Virus record (IMG/VR): IMGVR_UViG_3300032313_000664 | Coordinates: 25,839-89,838 of that record | Source: a virus | Length of the DNA stretch: 64,000 nt | Reading direction: 5' to 3' (one strand) | Part shown: positions 18,123-28,300 of the stretch, one piece after another | Numbering within the stretch: position 1 is the stretch's first letter | Layout: each line of letters starts with the position of its first letter | The notes under the pieces: generated by a model | What the model was told of the DNA's origin: nothing | Database searches by the model: none | The model's input: the letters and a program-made list of their open reading frames with translations, nothing else | Made by a program: the position numbers and the translations under genes

Positions 18123-19463
18123 ATGAATATTGAAAAGTCTTTGTGGTCCAGTCATGGCGACAACATCAGTCTATCGGTTCCCTTTACAAAGGTTAACCGT
18201 GAAAAAAGAACGGTGTCAGGATTCGCTACATTAGATAATGTTGATCAGACAGGCGACGTTGTCACAGCAGAAGCAAGCCTAAAAGCTTTTGAAGGCTTTA
18301 GAGGAAATCTTCGTGAGATGCATAACTCAACAGCAGTTGGCAAGGTTGTTTCATTTAAGCCAGAAACATACTACGATCCAAAATCAAAAGAATTTTATAA
18401 CGGTGTATATGTAGATGCATATATCTCAAAAGGCGCACAGGACACTTGGGAAAAAGTTTTAGACGGAACCCTATCTGGATTCTCAATCGGCGGTAAGATT
18501 AATGAGTCAGACAATGAAGTCAATAAGGCAAATGGCAAGACAGTAAGATTTATTAAGGATTACGATTTGATTGAATTGTCAATTGTAGATTCTCCAGCAA
18601 ATGAACTTTGCAATGTTCTGTCTATTCAAAAGGTAAACGGCCAATTGATATTTAAAGGAATTGCAACTGAAGTAGTAACAGAAAATATTTTTTATTGTGA
18701 AGAAAGCAATTCTGTTTTTATCTCAACAGAAAAAACATATGACTCTCCAGTATCTGGAAAGCCAGCACAACTAATTGGTTGGGTTGAGAGCTCAGATGTT
18801 AACAAGTCAAAAGAGATTGATAAGATTCTTGATGCATATAAGCATTCAAGATTTACGTTGCCTGATACACAAATAGCAAAACAGGCAAACGCAGAAGGAG
18901 GTAATGAAGTGTCAGAAAATACAGAAAACGTAGTTGTTGAAGATGCAGCTGTTGAAGCAGCACCAGAAGCAACCGTAGAAGAGACAACAGAAGTTGCAGC
19001 AGATGCAGCACCTGCAGTCGAAGATGCTCCTGCAGAAGATGCAGTAGCGGAAGACACAGCTGCCGAGACTCTGGAAAAAGTAGCCGACGTATCAGAAGAT
19101 AAGGTTGAAGAACCTGATTTTGCAAAGATGTTAGGCGACCTAAAGGGCTTTTTCTCAGAAACTCTAAATAAGGCATCAGAAGTTAATGCAGCACAAGTAA
19201 CAACAATCCAAGAGACTGTTGAAGCTTTCAGCAAGAGCGTAGACGCTAGAATTTCAGAGTTGGCAGAACAACACACAGTGCTATCAAGTGCTGTAAAAGA
19301 TATCAAGAGCACGATTGATGGTGTACAAAAGCGTGTCGATGCAGTAGAGTCCGAGACTGCAATTAAGAAGTCTTCTGATCTTGGCCGATCAGAGGAAGTA
19401 ACAATCAAGAAATCTAAATGGAACGGTTCTTTCCTCGGTTCCGTGAACGAAATATTTAACTAA
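18123..19463 (+). CDS. Prohead protease with C-terminal scaffold region
   Basis: VSGFAT.D..D..GD.V, REMH, GFSIGG, ELSIVDSPAN; acidic Ala-rich and coiled-coil C-terminus. Confidence 0.85.
   Translation: MNIEKSLWSSHGDNISLSVPFTKVNREKRTVSGFATLDNVDQTGDVVTAEASLKAFEGFRGNLREMHNSTAVGKVVSFKPETYYDPKSKEFYNGVYVDAYISKGAQDTWEKVLDGTLSGFSIGGKINESDNEVNKANGKTVRFIKDYDLIELSIVDSPANELCNVLSIQKVNGQLIFKGIATEVVTENIFYCEESNSVFISTEKTYDSPVSGKPAQLIGWVESSDVNKSKEIDKILDAYKHSRFTLPDTQIAKQANAEGGNEVSENTENVVVEDAAVEAAPEATVEETTEVAADAAPAVEDAPAEDAVAEDTAAETLEKVADVSEDKVEEPDFAKMLGDLKGFFSETLNKASEVNAAQVTTIQETVEAFSKSVDARISELAEQHTVLSSAVKDIKSTIDGVQKRVDAVESETAIKKSSDLGRSEEVTIKKSKWNGSFLGSVNEIFN
18909..19463 (+). CDS. Probable nested scaffolding protein (internal in-frame start)
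   Basis: GGAGGT at 18897-18902, 6 nt before in-frame GTG 18909. Confidence 0.55.
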   Translation: MSENTENVVVEDAAVEAAPEATVEETTEVAADAAPAVEDAPAEDAVAEDTAAETLEKVADVSEDKVEEPDFAKMLGDLKGFFSETLNKASEVNAAQVTTIQETVEAFSKSVDARISELAEQHTVLSSAVKDIKSTIDGVQKRVDAVESETAIKKSSDLGRSEEVTIKKSKWNGSFLGSVNEIFN

Positions 19464-19478
19464 GGTAGGTATAATAAT

Positions 19479-20528
19479 ATGAGCAATGAACTATTAGAAA
19501 AAGCAGCCGCAGCTGGTGCAACAGTATCAACTGGATTTGGCTCAACAACTGGTGGAACAGGAGTACACAGAGCTTCCGAAAACGGAAACGGTGGACTACT
19601 TAACCCAGAACAATCTGCTCGCTTCCTAGACTATATGTTCGACGCAACCGTAATCGGTAAGGTTGCCCGCACAGTTAGACTTAAGGCAGACACAGCAGAG
19701 ATTGACCGTATGTCAATCGGCGAGAAGCTTATGCGTCTCGCATCAGAAGGAGAAAACACTGGAGAAAACAGTGCAGTAACTTTCTCAAAGATCTCTTTGA
19801 CAACAAAGAAGCTTCGTATGGACTGGGAGCTTTCAACAGAGTCTCTAGAAGACAACATTGAAGGTGCAGACCTAGAAGATCACATTGCCCGCTTGATGGC
19901 AACACAAGCAGGAAATGACATCGAAGATGTTATCCTTAACGGAAACACATCACTTTCTTCAGACGCACTTTACAAGTCATTTGATGGCGTTGTAAAGAAG
20001 GCAAAGACACACGGACGTGTTGTCGATGCAAACGGCGCTGGAGTTTCTCGTGAAGTATTCAACAAGGCACTTAAGGCTATGCCACGTAAGTACAAGCAAC
20101 GTCGTGGAGACCTTCGCTTCCTTGCTGGATCAAACTTGATTCAGGACTTCCTATATGCTAACAGCATTGGAACAAACCAAACAATTCCACAAGATATCGC
20201 TTCAAGCGTTATCCGTGGTGGAGTTGCACCACTAGGTGGACCTGCAGGATATGTGGCACCATTCGCATTCGGTATTCCGATTGTTGAAGTTCCACTTCTT
20301 CCAGAGACACAAGCTGGAGATTACTCAGGACAAACTGGTTCACACGGAGATATCCACTTGACATTCCCAAATAACGTAGTTATTGGTATCAAGCGTGATG
20401 TAACTGTTTACCGTTTCTTCTGGCCACGTAAGGACTCAATCGAGTACACAATGTACACACGTGTTGGCGTCCAAATCGAACAAGCTGACGCTTGGGTAGT
20501 CGTAAAGAACGTTAAGGTTGCTTCTTAA
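19479..20528 (+). CDS. Major capsid protein (HK97 fold)
   Basis: GGLLNPEQ..F, ELSTESLEDNIEG, DIEDVILNG, GIPIVEVP; follows protease; followed by a terminator. Confidence 0.9.
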   Translation: MSNELLEKAAAAGATVSTGFGSTTGGTGVHRASENGNGGLLNPEQSARFLDYMFDATVIGKVARTVRLKADTAEIDRMSIGEKLMRLASEGENTGENSAVTFSKISLTTKKLRMDWELSTESLEDNIEGADLEDHIARLMATQAGNDIEDVILNGNTSLSSDALYKSFDGVVKKAKTHGRVVDANGAGVSREVFNKALKAMPRKYKQRRGDLRFLAGSNLIQDFLYANSIGTNQTIPQDIASSVIRGGVAPLGGPAGYVAPFAFGIPIVEVPLLPETQAGDYSGQTGSHGDIHLTFPNNVVIGIKRDVTVYRFFWPRKDSIEYTMYTRVGVQIEQADAWVVVKNVKVAS

Positions 20529-20543
20529 TTAGAATTAACCCAA

Positions 20544-20580
20544 GAAAGGCCCCCAATTAATTTTGGGGGCTTTTCATTTT
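20544..20580 (+). terminator. Intrinsic terminator after capsid gene
   Basis: GAAAGGCCCCCAA-TTAATT-TTGGGGGCTTTTC plus T-rich tail. Confidence 0.8.
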
Positions 20581-20590
20581 AATTTAACAA

Positions 20591-20599
20591 TGCTATAAT
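20591..20599 (+). promoter_or_regulatory. Extended -10 promoter
   Basis: TGCTATAAT upstream of AGGAG and ATG 20625. Confidence 0.55.
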
Positions 20600-20624
20600 T
20601 GAAGAACCTAACAAAGGAGAATAT

Positions 20625-21032
20625 ATGTCATTTGAGACATTAAAAGTTGCAGAACTCAGAAAGATTGCAGAAGACTTTGCAGTCGATACTGATGGAATTA
20701 AAAATAAGGCAGACATTATTGCCACTCTTGCCGAAGAGGGCGTTACCTGGTCTGTATACCAAAAGACAATTAAAGATGTTGAAGAAGCGGCTGAAGAGTT
20801 TGCTGAGACAGAAGAAATTCTTCCTCGATTTGATCCAAAGTCGGATAAGCCAGAAGATACAGTTCTAGTTAGAATGACTAGAGAGAATTACAGATACGAT
20901 ATAGTTGGTTATACGTTTACAAAAGAGCACCCTTTTGTTGCAATGACAGAAGAAGATGCTCAGAAAATTTTTGACAAGGAGGAAGGTTTCCGCATAGCAA
21001 CCCCTAAAGAAGTTCAGGATTACTACGCTTAA
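20625..21032 (+). CDS. Protein with N-terminal Rho-N/HeH-like motif
   Basis: LKVAELRKIAE..KNKADII. Confidence 0.65.
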   Translation: MSFETLKVAELRKIAEDFAVDTDGIKNKADIIATLAEEGVTWSVYQKTIKDVEEAAEEFAETEEILPRFDPKSDKPEDTVLVRMTRENYRYDIVGYTFTKEHPFVAMTEEDAQKIFDKEEGFRIATPKEVQDYYA

Positions 21033-21042
21033 CCTTTATTAA

Positions 21043-22023
21043 ATGGAGATATTAGTAGGTACAAACTCGCCAGTAAAGCACAAGGTTTATTGGAAAGGCT
21101 CTCCAAAAGATGCTGATGCCCTTCCTGTTGTTCGGGTATATGACATAACAGAGGACCCAGCAATAACTCCTGCTATTAACCCAGGTACACTTATTACAAC
21201 ACTTACTCCAACAAAGTTGGAAACAGACATAGGTGTTTACGAAGTGTACCCTCCACACTCATTAACAAATAGAAATAAACAACTTAATCTTGTATGGCAA
21301 TATTCAGTCGAAGGAACTGCTATTACAAAAGAGCATAAGCTTTTTGTAGTTACTCCGTATGTTGATATTACACAAGCAGGAGACGTTTTGAAATTAGGCT
21401 CTGACCCGTCTGATCCAAACTATAAGTCTTATTTTGAAATTGCTGAAGCTGAAAGATATGCCAGAAAGATAATTGAAAACTACACTGGCCAAGTATTTAG
21501 CTTGTATGACGATGTGCATACTGTGTACGGGGCAGGAGCAGATGTTTTGCCGCTACCATTTAAACTAGCAGACATACACGAATTGTATGAGAATGACATA
21601 CTACTTTTAGATAACATTAATAATATAAATAACTGGAACTATGACACCATCATATCCGAGAGTGGATTTGGAATAAGAGTTAACAAGGCTACCATGCTAG
21701 ACAATACTGTTTATGTAGCAAATGGAATGGTTCCCCCATCAATTAATTACTCTACAGGTGGAGCATTTGGAAAAGACTCAGTATACAGAGTTGCTGGTAG
21801 ATATGGATGGGAACGTGTTCCTGACGAAGTAGAGCTTGCAGCAATTGAACTCATGAAGGATTATTTCTCAAAAGACAAGGTCTGGAGAGACAAGTACATG
21901 AAGAGCATATCAACATTTGACTGGAAGTTTGAATACAATGCAGAGACCTACAGAGGGACTGGCAATGTATATGTCGATCAAATTCTGCTACCTTATATCA
22001 TTAATCAGATGGTAGTAATATAA
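21043..22023 (+). CDS. Head-to-tail adaptor
   Basis: ARKIIENYTGQ.F and YGWERVPDEVELAAIEL; position after capsid. Confidence 0.7.
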   Translation: MEILVGTNSPVKHKVYWKGSPKDADALPVVRVYDITEDPAITPAINPGTLITTLTPTKLETDIGVYEVYPPHSLTNRNKQLNLVWQYSVEGTAITKEHKLFVVTPYVDITQAGDVLKLGSDPSDPNYKSYFEIAEAERYARKIIENYTGQVFSLYDDVHTVYGAGADVLPLPFKLADIHELYENDILLLDNINNINNWNYDTIISESGFGIRVNKATMLDNTVYVANGMVPPSINYSTGGAFGKDSVYRVAGRYGWERVPDEVELAAIELMKDYFSKDKVWRDKYMKSISTFDWKFEYNAETYRGTGNVYVDQILLPYIINQMVVI

Positions 22024-22451
22024 TGTTTAACATCATAGATTCAGTTTTGACTATGAAGATGGATGTCTACAAGCAAGTTGATTACCAAGATCCAGACACT
22101 GGTGCGCTTAAAAGAGAATGGCAATATGACAGAACAATGTCTTGTCATGCTAAAGGAGTTATATCAAACTCTGCATCTACTAGAACAGGTGATAAGCAAG
22201 TTATTTCAAATAGGTACACCAATGATCAAATTTTACAATTAAGAACAACCGACAAGGTTTCATTGCGTGAAAAGATTACAAATATATCTGATTCATCGGG
22301 CAAAACTATCTGGGTGGAAGCAAATTTTCCAACAGACACCGCAACTGTTTTTGAAGTAATGGGGTCAACACCAATGACAGACCCATTTGGAACAGTGGTA
22401 GGATATAACACATCTGTAAAGAGATCGGAGAACCAGACGATTGGATACTAG
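22023..22451 (+). CDS. Head closure/stopper protein
   Basis: Size and position in the neck module. Confidence 0.55.
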   Translation: MFNIIDSVLTMKMDVYKQVDYQDPDTGALKREWQYDRTMSCHAKGVISNSASTRTGDKQVISNRYTNDQILQLRTTDKVSLREKITNISDSSGKTIWVEANFPTDTATVFEVMGSTPMTDPFGTVVGYNTSVKRSENQTIGY

Positions 22452-23235
22452 TGCCGTATTAGTTAAAGCAGCCAGTGGGTTACAAAAAAACATGGGCGGA
22501 ACTAAAGGCGCAGTTTTGCAGGATAGCACAGTTGCTCAAATATCAGCAGCTATATATTATCAGGCATCAGTTATCTCAAAGGTTACAACTAATAAACAAT
22601 TTCAATCAAAATTTCAAAGCATACTATTTAATCAAATAAAAAAAGACTTTGGAAATTATGTAGACTCTCAGTCCAGAACAAACCCTAAAACATTACACCA
22701 TGTTTATGAATGGAAAAAGGTTGGAACCCCTTCAGCAAGACTGTTTGATTTAAAAGTAGTAGGAACTGACGGTCTTTCTTTTAAGATCTCTTCTGAATTT
22801 AAACCTTCTAAATCTATGGTCCCAACAAATTTTGGTAAGGCAAGGCATGTGTTTACAAACAAAGCTTCCGTCATGGAGGCGGGAATGCCATTAGTAATAA
22901 GACCTAAGAATGCAGAAAGACTTGTGTTCGAGATGGATGGGGTCGTTATTAGAATGCCTAAAGGTATGCCTGTAACAGTTAAAAAGCCAGGAGGCGGCAA
23001 GGCAACTGGCAGGTACAAGATAGCCTATGCTCAATTCTTTACTGGCAACCTAGTAAACCTATCAATTAAGAATTCAAAATTTCAACAAATATTTAATTCA
23101 TCTATTACCAAAGCAATGAAATTACCAGTAGATGTTAAAAAAGTTAAATACTCTTTTTCACCAAATACATTAAATATGCAGGCTGGCTCAGCACTAGCAG
23201 CAGCTTTTGGAGGTTCAGATGCCAACGGATTATAA
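22441..23235 (+). CDS. Neck/tail completion protein (basic)
   Basis: Lys-rich; LHHVYEW; position between stopper and tail terminator. Confidence 0.55.
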   Translation: MDTSAVLVKAASGLQKNMGGTKGAVLQDSTVAQISAAIYYQASVISKVTTNKQFQSKFQSILFNQIKKDFGNYVDSQSRTNPKTLHHVYEWKKVGTPSARLFDLKVVGTDGLSFKISSEFKPSKSMVPTNFGKARHVFTNKASVMEAGMPLVIRPKNAERLVFEMDGVVIRMPKGMPVTVKKPGGGKATGRYKIAYAQFFTGNLVNLSIKNSKFQQIFNSSITKAMKLPVDVKKVKYSFSPNTLNMQAGSALAAAFGGSDANGL

Positions 23236-23731
23236 TTATGATGTAATGCTTGATCTACGCAAGCACATATGGAGCCAATTAAAGTCTAATAGTTTATTTG
23301 AGGCTTCAGATTATTACAGTGATAATTTAGGAGAAGAGCTAATTCCTATTATCCCAGTACAGCAACAACCAGAAATGAATCAATTTTTGAGCGGTAAGAA
23401 GCATATAGTATATGACAAGATAGGAATGTCTTACGAGGATAACTGGGTAATATGCTGTGAGCAAATCCTATTTACAATATACTCAACAGACGTATCTGAG
23501 ATTAATCAAATAAGAAATTTAATGATGGATTTATATAGAAGAATGGATGAGTCAGCAAGGGATGCAAACCTGTATTCGGGCATATCTCAGAAGTTTAAGT
23601 TCTATAGCATATTTGTTGCAGACATATCCCCTACAGCCCCTTCAGAGGAGCTAGCAGGCTTCCTGTCAACCGATGTAGTGCTTGAGGTAAAATACGCAAG
23701 GCACGTGGATTCAAACGGCAGATTCCTCTAG
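23219..23731 (+). CDS. Tail terminator-like protein
   Basis: Start placed at ATG 23219 after GGAGG; acidic; last gene before the tail tube. Confidence 0.6.
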   Translation: MPTDYNYDVMLDLRKHIWSQLKSNSLFEASDYYSDNLGEELIPIIPVQQQPEMNQFLSGKKHIVYDKIGMSYEDNWVICCEQILFTIYSTDVSEINQIRNLMMDLYRRMDESARDANLYSGISQKFKFYSIFVADISPTAPSEELAGFLSTDVVLEVKYARHVDSNGRFL

Positions 23732-23732
23732 T

Positions 23733-23761
23733 TTGCCTTTTAGGGCATTATACACTAAAAT
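23733..23761 (+). promoter_or_regulatory. Promoter for major tail gene
   Basis: TTGCCT-17-TAAAAT, same hexamers as 18087-18115. Confidence 0.55.
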
Positions 23762-23847
23762 TAGATTTAGAGGAAAGGCCTAGCCAGCCAAGATTTCAAA
23801 AAAGTTTAACAATATATATATATTTTTAAAACAGGAGGTAAGACACA

Positions 23848-24534
23848 ATGGCATTTAACTCAGCCAAAAATATTCTTGTGGGAGCTTCACCGCTTTACAT
23901 CTCGAATTCAGATTCAACTGTAACAGGTTATGTTGAAAACCAAGAGCCAGGAGTTGCAAAGACTGCAACAGCTGGAAAGAAGGACGGTGTTCCAGCATTT
24001 AACGCTGCAACATCATACCGTACAACTCTTGACGCAGCACAAGCTGTAACAGACAATGCTTACCGTAACGTAGGGTTTACAAACAATGGTCTTCAGATCA
24101 CTTACAACCCAACTTACGATTCAGTAACTGTTGACCAGTTACTTGATACAGCAAAGCTTTTCAAGTCTGCGATGGAAGTTATGATCGCAACAGAAATGGC
24201 AGAAGGAACACTAGAGAACGTTCTAGTGGTTTTCGGACAAGGACAAGGAACTCTTACAAACGCAGGTAAGACACTTGGACTAGAAGCAGGTTCTCTTGGT
24301 ATTGCACCAACAGAGCGCCAGCTAGTAGCAATTGGACAAGCTCCAACTGACACTTCAGCCACAACAGAGCGTATTTACTATGCACGTCGTGTATTGTCTG
24401 TACAACAGTCACAATTCTCACTTGCACGTAATACACCAACATCATTCCCAGTAACATTCCGTTTGCTTCCAGACGCAGGTTACACAGGTTCAGAATACGG
24501 TAAGATTATTGACCGTACTTGGACACCAGCTTAA
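23848..24534 (+). CDS. Major tail tube protein
   Basis: NILVGA, VGFTNNGLQITY.P..V.VDQL, FPVTFRLLPD; AGGAGGT RBS; followed by terminator and chaperone. Confidence 0.85.
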   Translation: MAFNSAKNILVGASPLYISNSDSTVTGYVENQEPGVAKTATAGKKDGVPAFNAATSYRTTLDAAQAVTDNAYRNVGFTNNGLQITYNPTYDSVTVDQLLDTAKLFKSAMEVMIATEMAEGTLENVLVVFGQGQGTLTNAGKTLGLEAGSLGIAPTERQLVAIGQAPTDTSATTERIYYARRVLSVQQSQFSLARNTPTSFPVTFRLLPDAGYTGSEYGKIIDRTWTPA

Positions 24535-24548
24535 TTAAAATTAAGTAG

Positions 24549-24580
24549 ATAAAGCCCCCATTTATGGGGGCTTTATTGTT
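24549..24580 (+). terminator. Intrinsic terminator after tail tube gene
   Basis: ATAAAGCCCCCA-TTTA-TGGGGGCTTTAT. Confidence 0.8.
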
Positions 24581-24634
24581 GTGCTGGTAAATGCTTTATG
24601 TTATAATAATTAAGACGATCCTAGGAGGATTAAA

Positions 24635-24967
24635 TTGGCAAATACAGTATATAGTGTAGAAGAGATTACACTGCAAGACGGCTCAACAGTTAAGCTAAAG
24701 CCACTAAGCATCAAAGAGCTTAGAGATTTTATGAAGGCTCTACAGGGTGCGGCAGACTCAACATCAGAAACCGAAACACTAAATGTTTTGATTGATGCAG
24801 TAGCAGTAGCACTAAAAAAGCAACTACCAGATTTGGTAGCAGATAGAGATGCATTAGAAGATGCACTTGATGTACCCACAATAAATCGCATCCTTGAAGT
24901 ATGCGGTGGGATTAAGATGGATGACCCAAACCTACTAGCGGCAGCGGTTCTGGCTGGTCAGAACTAG
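24635..24967 (+). CDS. Tail assembly chaperone (G-like)
   Basis: AGGAGG RBS, TTG start; lies between tail tube and tape measure; TGTTATAAT promoter at 24599. Confidence 0.8.
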   Translation: MANTVYSVEEITLQDGSTVKLKPLSIKELRDFMKALQGAADSTSETETLNVLIDAVAVALKKQLPDLVADRDALEDALDVPTINRILEVCGGIKMDDPNLLAAAVLAGQN

Positions 24968-25305
24968 ATCTAGCCGCTTTAGAGGGTGAAGTATTTCTTC
25001 TGGGAAACTGGAAGAATTATGAAGAACTAGAAGAAAGTCTTTCAATGCCAGAGCTAATACAAACATTGAAATCCTTTAAGAAGCAAAAAGCAGAAGATAG
25101 AAAATTTGCAGCAGGACTTAAAGGCATAGAAATAAATATTGATGAAGACGAAGAAGAAGTTCAAGAAGGAAAAACCTTTGAAGATATTCAAAGAAAAGCA
25201 TTAGGTATTAATGCATCAGGTGATGATATACTTTCATTACAAGGTCCATTAGCAGCAAGTGCAGGATTTGGAATCGGAGCTGGTTTAGGTTATTCAAAGG
25301 AGTAA
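24925..25305 (+). CDS. Tail assembly chaperone -1 frameshift extension (GT-like)
   Basis: Slippery heptamer C CCA AAC at 24925-24931; the -1 frame is open from there through SGWSELDLAALEGEVFLLGNWKNYEELEESLS into the 25045..25305 ORF. Confidence 0.8.
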   Translation, partial: PKPTSGSGSGWSELDLAALEGEVFLLGNWKNYEELEESLSMPELIQTLKSFKKQKAEDRKFAAGLKGIEINIDEDEEEVQEGKTFEDIQRKALGINASGDDILSLQGPLAASAGFGIGAGLGYSKE

Positions 25306-25316
25306 TGTATAGATAA

Positions 25317-28300
25317 ATGGCTGATGAAAATATTGTAACTAATATAGTTGCCAATGCTGATTTTTCAGGTCTTATTGCAGATGTCAATAAGGTCACAGCC
25401 TCACTATCTAAACTACAAGCTCAGTTAATTGCTTCAGACGCAAAGCTTGCAAATCAAGTTGCGGTAATGAACAGATCCTTCTCAGAAAATTTGAGAAGAA
25501 CTGGGCAGTTTTCTACACACTTTGTTACACTAACTTCAGATACTGAAAAGTTTGGTAAGAGTCTTGATGGCGGAAAGCTTAAGCTACGAGACTACTTTAG
25601 AACGTTTCAAGAACATACAAAAACTTCAGGCGGAATCGTTAGAGATCTTGCTAAGCAACAAGTAGCACTACAAAATGCCATCATACAACCCTTGGGTAAA
25701 AACGCCCAAGGGCTTATGCAGTTTAACGTACAGGTTCCACAAGGTCTAGATAATATAAAAAACAAAACAGCCATAGCAAGACAAGAGCTTCAGATATTAA
25801 ATAAGGTTGTTCAAGATGGCGGAGTTCAGCTTATTAACTGGGGTAAGAACACTCAGTGGGCAGGACGTCAGCTAACAGTAGGATTAACAGTACCACTAGC
25901 GGCATTTGGTAAAGCAGCAGCAGATGCATTTAGAATGGCAGACGCAGAGTTGGTAAGACTTACAAAGGTTTATGGCGGAGTAGCAGCAACATCCTCAGCA
26001 GAATTATCTAAAATAAGAACTGAAGTTTCAGCAACCGCTAAAGAAATTTCAAAAGCTTATGGAGTTTCATTTAAAGATACAATTACACTTGCAGCAGATA
26101 TAGCAGCAACAGGTAAACAAGGCGATGAGCTTTTGTCTTCAGTCAAAGAAACAAGCAGACTTGCAGTTCTTGGTGAAGTAGATAGACAAGAAGCCATGAA
26201 GGCCACACTGGCAATTCAAACAACATTTAAACAAAACACTGATCAACTTTCTGAGTCGATTAACTTCCTTAACTCAGTTGAAAACCAAACATCAACAACT
26301 CTTAATGACTTAGTAGAAGCAATTCCAAAAGCTGGTCCAGTTATTCAAGGATTAGGCGGAAGCGTACAAGACTTAGCGTTGTATTTAACTGCAATGAAGG
26401 AAGGTGGAATTAATGCTTCAGAAGGAGCCAACGCTCTTAAATCAGCACTAGCATCTTTAATTAATCCTACAAAAGTAGCAAAAGAAAAGTTTTTTGAAAT
26501 GGGAATTGATCTCGGTGGAATTGTAACAAAAAATGCTGGAAATTTAACAGGAACAATAATGGCTCTTCAGGCCGCACTAGATAGCCTAGACCCACTACAA
26601 AAGCAACAGGCAATTGAGCAGTTGTTTGGTAAGTTCCAGTTCTCTAGACTTAATGCTTTGTTTGCAAACTTAGGCAAGCAAGGAAGCCAGACTCTTCAGG
26701 TAATGGATTTAATGAAAGCAAGTTCTCAAGAGCTAGCCCAAGTTGCTGACCGAGAATTATCAATGGTAACAGAATCTGCTTCTGGAAAGTACAGAAGAGC
26801 AATAGAGGGATTAAAGGCAGACCTAGCTGGAATAGGAGAAGAGTTCCTTAAGGTACAAACATTCTTTATCAATGTTGTAGACGGAATTATTGATTTTACA
26901 ACCAAACTTCCAAAGCCTATTAAGCAGATCTTAACTTTTGCTGGTGGATTAACCGCAGTAATCGGTCCAGTTATTATGTTGACTGGTGTTCTCGCTAACT
27001 TCTTTGGCTACGTTATAAAAGGAGTTTCTCACTTTAAAGCCTTGTTTAAAGGTGGAGAAGGCTGGAAGATGCTTACTCCAGAAATTCTTGCTGCACAAAA
27101 AGCAGGAAGCCTTGTTGAAAAAACATTTTACAGTGATGCACAAGCGGCAACAGTATTAAAAACAGCAATTGAAGGCTTAGTAGCAGAGTTTACTGTATTG
27201 CAATCTAAGGCTCAGTCAGGGGCAATATCAGTTGCTCCAGCATTAAATAATTTTGTAAGCGGGGTTACTGGAAGAGTAGTTAATCCAAACCATCCAATGC
27301 TAAGCCCAACAGACACAAGATCAATGTCTCACATGAATCCAGTTGGTGGGATGACGGCAGATCAAAAGACTGGCCAAACAATATTTGGAGTAGTACCTGG
27401 AGCACCAAGAGTTAATCAGACAATAGGTAATAACCCACAGATTTATGCAAATGCAGATTTACCAGAAGTACAGGGTCTTACAAGAATTGGAAAAGCTTCA
27501 ACTGGAGTAGTTGCAGCCGAAGCTGCTAAGTGGCATGCAATGACAGGCGCATTAGCAATGCAATCAGAAACAGAAATAAAAGCATTGAAAACAGAAGTTT
27601 CCAGAACAGGATTAATTACACACGAGCTTTCTGCTTCGTATCAAGCTTTGTTGCCAGAAATGACAAAGCTAACACAACGAGCAGCCCTTGAGTCAGCAGA
27701 AATTGTTGCTCAATTACAAGCAAGTAAAATAACAATAGATCAAGCAAGAGCAAAAATTATTGCATTGAATGCACAAATTGAAGCTGCTATGGGAGCTGCT
27801 GCTACAGATATTGCAGGACAGCAAGGAAGATCTATTGCCTTAACGTCTGTTCCTTTGCTAAGTCAACCAGTGGTAGACAGAGCTGGTAAATCAAATATGA
27901 AAGAGCTTGCTCGTCCAGGAAGAACAAGAGGTCTTCTTAATAAAATTGCAGGAGGCCTCGGAGTTAAAACTTTTGGCGCACCGTATAGCATTGAAACAAC
28001 AATGCCAAAGAAGTTTCATACGGGAGGCACAGTCAGTGGTCCAGGAACTGGAACATCTGATTCAATTCCTGCAATGGTTTCTAATGGAGAGTTTATTGTT
28101 AAAGCGGGATCAGTAAATGCAGAAACCCTTCCAATTCTTCAAGCAATAAATGATAACCCAGACAATACAAGACCATTCCTATCTGCCTTTATGACACATC
28201 AAGGAACTGAAATAAATCAAGGTCTTGAAGGTAAAGCAAAAGGAAAAGTGGTACCAACTGGAATATCGATTGCAAATGATATGCAGAACCTTCATTCTCG

